DNA from: the human T2T-CHM13v2.0 reference genome, Homo sapiens
Strand: one strand, 5' to 3'
NCBI RefSeq assembly: GCF_009914755.1
Contig: NC_060942.1
DNA length: 64,000 nt
Part shown: piece by piece, positions 55,201-64,000 of the stretch
How positions within the stretch are numbered: position 1 is the stretch's first letter
Layout: each line of letters opens with the position of its first letter
The notes under the pieces: generated by a model
Seen by the model: only the letters and a program-made list of their open reading frames with translations
The model's database searches: none
What the model was told of the DNA's origin: nothing
Made by a program: the position numbers and the translations under genes

Positions 55201-57928
55201 TGCTGAGGAAAAGAATGTGTATTTTGCAGCCATTGGATGAAATGTTTTGTAAATATCTGTTAGGTCCATTTGTTCTACAGTGCAGATTAAGTCCAATGTT
55301 TCTCTGTTGATTTTCTGTCTGGAAGATCTGTCCAATGCTAGAAGTGGGGTATTGAAGTCTCCAGCTATTATTGTATTGGGGCTTATCTGTCTCTCTCTCT
55401 TTAATAATATTTGCATTGTGTATCTGGGTGCTCCAGCATTGGGTTCATATATATTTGCAATTGTTATATCCTCTTGCTAAATTGACCCCTTTATTACTAC
55501 ATAATGACTTTTGTCTCTTCTTACAGATTTTGTCTTGAAATCTATTTTGTATGACATAGGTATAGCTACTCCTGCTCTTTTTTGGTTTCTATTTGCGTGG
55601 AATATCTTTTTCCATCTCTTATTTTCAGTCTATATATCTTTATAGGTGAAATGTGTTTCTTCTAGGCAACAGATCATTGGGTCTTGCTTTTTAATCCATT
55701 CAGCCATTCTGTGTCTTTTGATTGAAGAGTTTATTCCATTTGCATTCAATATATCCTTGACATTGAAAAACAATTAATACAATTCAGCATATCAACAGAA
55801 TAAAGAAGAAAAATCATTTGCAATAGATCACAGGGTCTTGCTTTTTAATCCATATATATCCTTTATGTTTGTAGGACATTTTGGCTGGATATACTATCTA
55901 GGGTAAAGTTTTTTTTCCTTCAGCACTTTAAATATGTCATGCCACTCTCTCCTGGCCTGTAAAGTTTCCACTGAAAAGTCTGCTGACGGATGTATTGAAG
56001 CTCCATTTTATGTTATTTCTTTCTTTTCTCTTGGTGCCTTTAGGATCCTTTCTTTATCCTTGACCTTTGGGAGTTTGATTATTAAATGCTTTAATGTAGT
56101 CTTCTTTGGGTTAAATCTGTTTGGTGTTCTATAACCTTCTTGTACTTGCATGTTGATATTTTTCTTTAGGTTTGGGAAGTTCTCTGTTATTATCCCTTTG
56201 AATAAACTTTTTACCGTTATCTTTTTCTCTACCTCCTCTGTAAGGCCAATAATTCTGTGATTTGACCTTTTGAGGATATTTTCTAGCTCTTGTAGGCATG
56301 TGTCATTCTTTTTTATTCTCTTCTTTTGTCTCCTCTGACTGTGTATTTTCAAATAGCCTATCTTCAAGCTCACTAATTCTTTCTTTTAGATCAATTCTGC
56401 TATTAACAGACTCATGCATTCTTTATGATGTCAATTGCATTTTTCAACTCTGGAATTTCTGCTTGATTCTTTTTAATTATTTCAATCTGTTTGTTAAATT
56501 TATCTGATAGAACTCTGAATTTCTTCTCTGTGTTATCTTAAATTTCTTTGAGTTTCCTCAGAACAGCTATTTTGAATTCTCTGTCTGAAGGGTCACATAT
56601 CTCTATTTCTCCAGGATTGGTCCCTGGTGCCCTATTTAGTTCATTTGGTAAGGTCATGTTTTTCTGGATGGTCTTGACGCTTGTGGATGTTCTTCAGTGT
56701 TTGGGTTAGGTGTTTTTTTACAGTCTTTACAGTCTGCGCTTGTTTGTGCCCCCCTTTCTTGGGAAGACTTTCTAAGCATTCAAAGGGATTGGGCCCCAAG
56801 TGCAATAACTGTGGTTCTTGCTGACTTGTAGAGGTACCACTTCGGTGGTCTTGGATAAGATCAGGAAAAAGATCCCCGGATTATGAGGCAGATACGCTTG
56901 TTCTCTTTCCTTACTTTCTCCCACACAAATGGAGTCTCTTTCTCTCTGTGATGAGCTGCCTGGAGCTGGGGGTGGAATGATGCAAGCACTCCTGTGGCCG
57001 CCACTACTAGGACTATGCTACATTAGACTTAAAGCCAGCACAGCACTAGGTCTTGCCCAAGACCTGCCATAACCACTACCTGGCTACCACCTATATTCAC
57101 TCAAGGCCCTAGGGTTCTGCAATCAGCAGGTGGAGAAGCCAGACAGGTTTGTGTCCTTCCCTTCAGGGTGGCAAGATCCACCAGGTTCTAGGCAGGTTCA
57201 AATGTGTTGTCTGGGAGCCAGGAATTATAGTCAGAAAATCTTAGAAATCTACCTGGTATTCTATTCTACTGCAGCTAAGCTGGCCCTCAGATCACAAGAC
57301 AAAGTCCTTCTTCCGGCTCTTCCCTCCCCTTTCCACAGGCAGATGAGTCTCTCCCAGTGGCCACCACCACCACTAGCCCACAGGGAGTTCTGCGAGGCCA
57401 CCACCAATGTTCACTTAAAGCCCAAGGTCTCTTCAGTCAGCTTGTGGTGAATGCTGCCCAGCCTGAGACTCACCTTTCAGGATAGTGTGTTCCCCTCTGT
57501 CCCAGAGCAGGTCCAGAAGTGCTGTCCAAGAGCGTATACCTGGATTCAGTAACCCCAAGAGTCTACTTGGTGCTCTGCCCCACTGTGGCCAAGCTGGTTT
57601 GTACCTAGGGTGCAAGACAAAATCCCCTTTAATTTTCCCTCTGCTTTTCTCAAGCAGAAGGAGTCTTTCACCATAGCATCACAGTTTGTAATGTCCTGGG
57701 ACTCACCTGAAGCCAGCACATCTTAGAGCCCAATGCCCACAGCGTACAATCTGGGCATTGCCACTCGTTATTCAGGGCCCAAGGGCTCTTTAGTCAGCAG
57801 GTAATCTTCCATTACTGGGTTCTTTCTTTCAAGGCAGCAGGTTCCCTTCTGGCCCAGGGTATGTCTAGAAGTGCCATCTGGGAGCGAAGGCCTGGGAAGG
57901 GGGCCTCACAACTCTGCCCACTGCCCAA

Positions 57929-58384
<456 letters not shown>

Positions 58385-59617
58385 TAGCCATTCCAGCTGG
58401 TGTCTCACTAGGTCACATGCCACCCTAGTTCACTGGCTCTAACCCCCACCCAGCACTAGGACTGTCCTAGGAATTGCAGTCCTTGTGTCCTAGACTGCCT
58501 TTCAAGTTTACCCCAGAGCACATTAGTCTGCAGTGGTGAGGCTTGCCAAGAAACTCAAGTTCCAACTGCTGGGATGGACAATTCCCCTCTGGCTAAGGTG
58601 TCAATGCTCTGTCCATGGGCAGGTGCTGGCTGAACCAGCATGGCTTTGCTGTCTGCTGTGACAGGAAAGCATGGAGTTCAATGCCAAGTCTCCTAGTCCC
58701 TGTGCTCTCACTCCCCAAAATGTGCAGATTCTCTCTCCAAGAGATCTAGGCAAGAGATGCTAGGGCAAGAGGGAGGGGTGATGTAGATGATTCAAGATTG
58801 TTTTCCCTACCCTCTTCAGTGCCTCTTTCAGTAATAAAATGGCAAAACCAGGTACTGTGATTTCTGACCTGATTTTTGATTCTTATAATGGTGCTTTTTT
58901 TGTGTGTAGTTAGTTGTTAAAATTTGGTATTCCTGCAAGGAGGGTGATCGGTGGAGGCTTCTATTCAGCCACATTGCTCCATCAACTCTTTTTTTCCAAA
59001 TGCCATCACATTCACAGTTCTGGGAGATATGATTTGGACATACCCTTTTGGGAGCCACAGTTCAACCCACTATATTATCTTTAAGAAAACTGCCTTCCAT
59101 TCCTAGTTTGCTAAGAGGTTTTAAATAAATGGGAGCTGCATCTTATCAAATTTTTCTCTCCATTTATCAGTCATCCATCATATGATTTTTTCTTCTTTAT
59201 TCTGTTGATGTGCTGAATTATATAATTGGTTTTCAAATGTCAAGTCAATATTGCGTTCCTAGAATAAGCCCAACTTGGTTATGATGTATTATCCTTTCTA
59301 TGTGGGATTTAATTCCCTATTTTTAAAGGATTTTTGCATTTATGTTTTTGAGAAAGATTAATCTGTAATATTCTTTTTTTATGCTGCCTTTGTTGGTATC
59401 AAGATTATGCTGTCTTCATAAAATAAGTTGGGAAATGCTTCCTCTTTTTTCCATTTTTAGGAATAATTTGTGTAAGAGTGATATTATTTTTTCTTAGATA
59501 TATGGAAGACTTCACCAGTGGGGCCATCCCCACTAGGATTTCTAGTAGTGGAATCCTAGAGTTTTCTTTGAATGAAAGTCATAAATTCAGTTTCCTTAAT
59601 AGATATTCAATTTAGAT

Positions 59618-59822
59618 GAAATTCGTTTCTCACAGTTCTGGAGACTGGGAAGTCCAATATCAGGGTGTCAATAGGTCGCATGTCTGGAGAGGGCTGTTCT
59701 CTGCTTCCAAGGTAGTGCCTTGTTGCTGCAGCCTCTGGAGGGGAGGAATGCTGTGTCCTCACATGGCTGAAGAGCAGAAGGGAATGAACCACTCTCTGAA
59801 GGACCCTTTTATAAGGGTCCTA
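59618..59822 (-). repeat. Inverted partial copy of the neighbouring MST LTR (60463-60666)
   Basis: About 90% identical to rc of 60463-60666; no LTR termini. Confidence 0.85.
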
Positions 59823-60341
59823 TTTCATCTTGCATCAGTTTTCATAAGTTATATTTATATGGAAATTTGCTCATTTAATCTAAATGTTCAAATTTATTGG
59901 TACAGAGGTATCGATGACATCCTTGTTATTACCTTTTTCAAATCTTAGATCTTTAGCAATGTCCTTTTACAGTCCTGATATTAGCAGCTTGTGCCTCTTT
60001 TTCTCTTTTTCAGTCTTGCTAAGGATTTATTTGATTATTAGTCTTACCAAAGAACCAACTTTTGGCTTCATTGTCTCTCTCTATTTTACATTTTTGTGCT
60101 TTATTAATTAATTCATCAATGATCTTTAGTTTTTTTCCTTCTACTGTCTTAGGATTTAATTTGCTCTTCTTTTTGAACTTCTTAAGTTGGTTAGTTAGGT
60201 TAGCAAATTTTCATCCTTTCTTCCTCTCTAGTATATTTAGGGCTATAATTTTTTTCTAAGCACATCTTTAACTACATCTCATAAGTTTTGATTTGCCACG
60301 TATTTGTTTTCTTTCAATTCCATTTTTTTTTTTTTTGCTTC

Positions 60342-60724
60342 TGCTGTGGTCTGAATGTGTCCCCCCAAAATTCATATGTTGAAACAATCACCAAAGTGAT
60401 AGAATTAAAAGGTGAGGCCTTGAAGATGTGATTCAATCATGAGGAGCCATAAAGAATGGGGTTAGGACCCTTATAGAAGGGCTTGAGAAAGTGGGTTCAT
60501 TCCCTTCTGCTCTTCAGTCATGTGAGGACACAGCATTCCTTCCCTCCAGAGGCTGCAGCAGCAAGGCACTATCTTGGAAGCAGAGGGCAGCCCTCTCCAG
60601 ACATGCAACCTATTGACACCTTCATCTTGGACTTCCCAGCCTCCAGAACTGTGAGAAATGAATTTCTATTGTTTATAAATAATCCAGTGTATGGTATTTT
60701 GTTATAGCAGCACAAACAAAAACA
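60342..60724 (+). mobile_element. MST (B/D-type) solo LTR
   Basis: tgctgtggtctgaatgtgtccccccaaaattcatatgttg...; 5-bp TSD gcttc/tcttc. Confidence 0.88.
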
Positions 60725-60919
60725 TCTTCCATTAAGATTCTTTTTTCCTTCTATAATTCTCAAAAATTTTATCTGTACTGGAGAATAAATTTCTAGGAGT
60801 GTAGGTAAAATAGGCTTGACCACAAGTCGATAATTTTTTAAGCTGTGATAGTGGGAATATGGAAATCTGGAGTAAACATATTTCATGGCAAGATGCTCTG
60901 GTCTCATTCTCTATCAAAA

Positions 60920-61046
60920 CCCACTTATGCCTAGTGTTCCATTATTGGAACACAAACCTGTGGGAGTTATTTATATCCTACTGCTCAGTTATCACCAAGG
61001 TCTGATTGCAAAAATTCAAAACATTGCATCCTGAGGCATAAGTAGG
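60920..61046 (-). mobile_element. MER85 piggyBac MITE
   Basis: TIRs cccacttatgcct / aggcataagtagg, right flank TTAA, internal palindrome GTTCCATTATTGGAAC, tgtgggagttatttatatcctactgctca. Confidence 0.92.
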
Positions 61047-61552
61047 TTAACTTGAACCAAAGTAAGTTTTTCTGCTAAGTATTCTCTTTGAGGATATTAT
61101 TAGCTGATTAAGCTTATTAGCCTGGCTTATAATTTGTTCTGTATGTAAATCTTAGTTTTGAATTTTTCCTGACTAAAAACAATCAGAGTAAACATTTTAG
61201 TTAAAATAAATCAAACTGAAATTAGTTTCTTTGACAATAAATTTTGTTTAATCTCAGAAAGCTTCGCTTAAGAAGTAGAAGTAGGATGTTTTCCCAGAGA
61301 TAATACAAAGATAAGTAAGGTTGTCTTATATCTTAAATCACATTTCTCTATACAAGATGATTATTTTTCAAATGCTAAATAAACAGACAAAAGTAATATA
61401 GGTAATTTGGACATACTAAATTCAGCATTTAATTTTAGAAAAAGTTTATTGTTACAAAAAGTTTTTGCTTTTAAAAGTTTTTTAAGATTTTGCTTTTTTG
61501 GAAGAATTTATTAAGTTTGATGCTTAGTGAAATAGTTTTAGTGCCCAAGTTA

Positions 61553-61642
61553 TTGAAGTTAATCAACATAGCATATCAAAGATTGTAGTTAATCAATATA
61601 GCACATCAATACTTGAAGTTCATCAACATAGTATATCAAAGA
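61553..61642. repeat. 30-bp tandem repeat, 3 copies
   Basis: ttgaagttaatcaacatagcatatcaaaga / ttgtagttaatcaatatagcacatcaatac / ttgaagttcatcaacatagtatatcaaaga. Confidence 0.9.
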
Positions 61643-61689
61643 TCTACTAGGTGCTATAGAAATAAGTATCTCAGTTACTATTTTTCAAA

Positions 61690-62410
61690 TGTATTTTTAT
61701 GGAAAATATCAAACATATTAAACAACAGAAATAGCAATATAAAATCCCTCCACATTCATCACTCAGCTCCAACAATTTTGAGCACATGTCCAGTCTTGTT
61801 TTATCTCTACTGTCCCACTGTCTCCAGTGGATTATTTGGTATCAAATCCCGGATGCCATATTATTTCATCCATAAACACTTTGCTATGTAACTCCAAAAT
61901 ATAAGGACTTATGTTTAAAAGTTAACCAAAATACCATTATCACAGCTAAAAACTTAACTTTTTAAGATAATCAAATATCCAGTCATTGTTAAAATGTCCT
62001 CACCTGCCCCATAATGATTTAAATTGAGATAAAAACTAAGGTGTATATATTGCATTTGGTTGTTGTATCTCTTAAATTGCTTTTAGTCTATGAGTTGCAC
62101 CATTCCTCCCCATGCCCACCCATTTTCCTTTCCTTGCCATTTATTTGCTGGAGGAACTGAGCTGTCTGTCCTGTAGCATTTCTGATACTCCAGAATTTGC
62201 TGATTGTATCCTTGTGGTTCATTTAATATGCTCCGTTGTTCCTTTATATGATGCAATAGGAAATACACAATGCACAACCCCACTTGTGAAGCATTCTTGT
62301 CAAAAATTTAAATCAAATAGGCGCTTAAATAGATTTGATTTAAACATTTGATAACAATGCTTCACAAGTGGGATTGTGCATTGTATATTTCTATTGCATC
62401 ATAGGAAGAA
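61690..62410 (-). mobile_element. L1MC-type 3' remnant containing a fold-back palindrome
   Basis: ttatggaaaatatcaaacat..., ggatgccatattatttcatccataaacac..., ttgcatttggttgttgtatctctt. Confidence 0.65.
62247..62403. repeat. Long inverted repeat (72/71-bp arms, 14-nt spacer)
   Basis: Arms 62247-62318 and 62333-62403 are reverse complements with 6 substitutions and 1 indel. Confidence 0.95.
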
Positions 62411-62689
62411 GAAAATGTCTGAGATCTGTAAGTCTGTGACCTTTAGTCACTGAGGTTTCCTAGAGGCCCACCTAATGAAACTCCAGTCTCAGGTTTGTAA
62501 GTCTCATCTTTATGACACTTTCTTTTGAGTTTCTATGGGCTCCTTGGCCACCCCTCACACATTCTTACATTAGATGCCTTCACCTTGGTGTCTGGCTAGA
62601 AATATTGCAGAAGACATAACGCAAAGCTAGATAACACTTCTCATTTCCTCTTTTAGATTACAAAATATTTCAAATATAAAAGAAAGTAT

Positions 62690-64000
62690 GAGAGAGTGAT
62701 ATCAGCAAAAATGGGAGAGTAGGGAATTCCAAGGGCCCATCCCTCCACAGAAACATCAAATAAACAAGCAAAAACTGTCACAATCAACATTGTCAGAAGT
62801 CTGGAAAATTGTCAACAGCATTAGTCTATAGTGCTGGTCTCCAAAAACCAAGTGAATGTTGAATGAAGGAAAAGATGACTTAAACATGGTAGAATAGCTT
62901 TGTGGTGTTTTAACTTAGCTTTGTCCTACTCCTCTCCCTTTCCTAGCATGCTGGCAGTTTTAAGATGCAACCCATATTCCTGATGGGGGTGCCTAGTTCC
63001 AGAGGGAGCAGAGCAGACCTAGTTCCTAAAGAATTGTGTTTGTCTGGGGATCCCTTGAAGGACTGACACAGGGTGTTTGCTTTGGTTTTATCTAACTTAG
63101 AACTCTTTCAGTGCAGAAAAGTTGCTAAGCAGAGGGGTTCCTTGAAAACACCAATAGGCAAATGAATGAGCTGTTGCTGCCTTGGGTAAAAGACTACAGT
63201 TGGGTCAAACAATAAACATGCTACAACCTAGGAGAAAAAGCCAGGGAAAGAGTTACTTTGGGGAATAGGGATTTGGTAATCTCCTGCATATAACAGGAAA
63301 TCTAGAAAGTCATGTGCATGCCCAGGGCAGGGTGCATACCCAGAAAAGACCTGAAAAGCCCCTTAGCTCTCACCTCTGGCTGACTTTTAGGCTCAGTGTG
63401 AGCAGGAAGTGAAGGCTAAGGCAGAGCTGTAAATGGCCTGGCTAAGTGTGGAAGGAGTATCCCTAACACAGACCCAATCTGCAAAGACCAGGAGACTATT
63501 ATTTTTTTTTCTTTTAAGAAAATCTCTGTGAAACCACTAGCTGACCAAAAGCTAAAGAAACAACAGAATTAAGAGGCCATCCACAGCAAACAATAACAAC
63601 AAACCTTGAGGAAGGTGAAGAATCTTATATCCACTTACCACATTTAAATATATAACATGCCCAGTTTCTAACCAAAAAATCACGTGGTGCACAAAGATAC
63701 AAGAAAGTATGGCCAATTTGCAGGAAAAAAAGCCAAATGAACAGAAAGTATCCCTGAGGAAGCACAGACATTGTCTTACTAGGCAAAGCTTTAAATCAAC
63801 TGCCTTAAATATCCTCAAATAGATAAAGGCAATCATTGACAAAAAAATTAAAAGAAACCAGACAAATAATGCCACAAAAATATCAATAAAGAAATTGAAT
63901 TATATAAAGGAAGCAAATAGGAATTCTGGAGCTGAAAAATACAATAACTGAAATGAAAATTTTACTAGAGCTTCAACAGCAGATTTATGCAGGCAGAAGA
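62690..64000 (+). mobile_element. Old L1M 5'UTR and start of ORF1 (runs off the window)
   Basis: gtgatatcagcaaaaatgggagagtaggg...; aagtatggcc, gaagcacagacattg, ggaattctggagctgaaaaatacaataactgaaatg. Confidence 0.75.

Overview
Repeat-dense primate (probably human or great ape) non-coding DNA with no recognisable intact protein-coding exon; nearly all ORFs in the track are Alu, L1 or LTR read-throughs. The main gene-like feature is a full-length, disabled processed beta-actin (ACTB) pseudogene at 24796-26604 with 14-bp target-site duplications (TSDs). The rest is about 25 Alus, young L1PA 3' fragments, a near full-length L1MA, MaLR/ERVL/ERV1 solo LTRs, DNA transposons (MER82, MER47-like, MER58, MER85, a hAT-Tip100-like fossil with a readable transposase C-terminus) and old L1M/L2/CR1/MIR remnants. 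The most unusual observations are: (1) a single TSD-bounded chimeric retro-insertion of an inverted tRNA-Phe fragment fused to a 5'-truncated AluSc; (2) a cluster of locally templated inverted copies at 55.6-62.4 kb, including a ~157-bp near-perfect palindrome and a ~205-bp inverted copy of a neighbouring LTR; (3) an Alu flanked by an ~81-bp direct repeat; (4) a non-repeat GATA/TAL1/NF-E2/RUNX/ETS motif cluster resembling an erythro-megakaryocytic enhancer. Repeat subfamily names come from recalled consensus sequences, and boundaries of old repeats are approximate.
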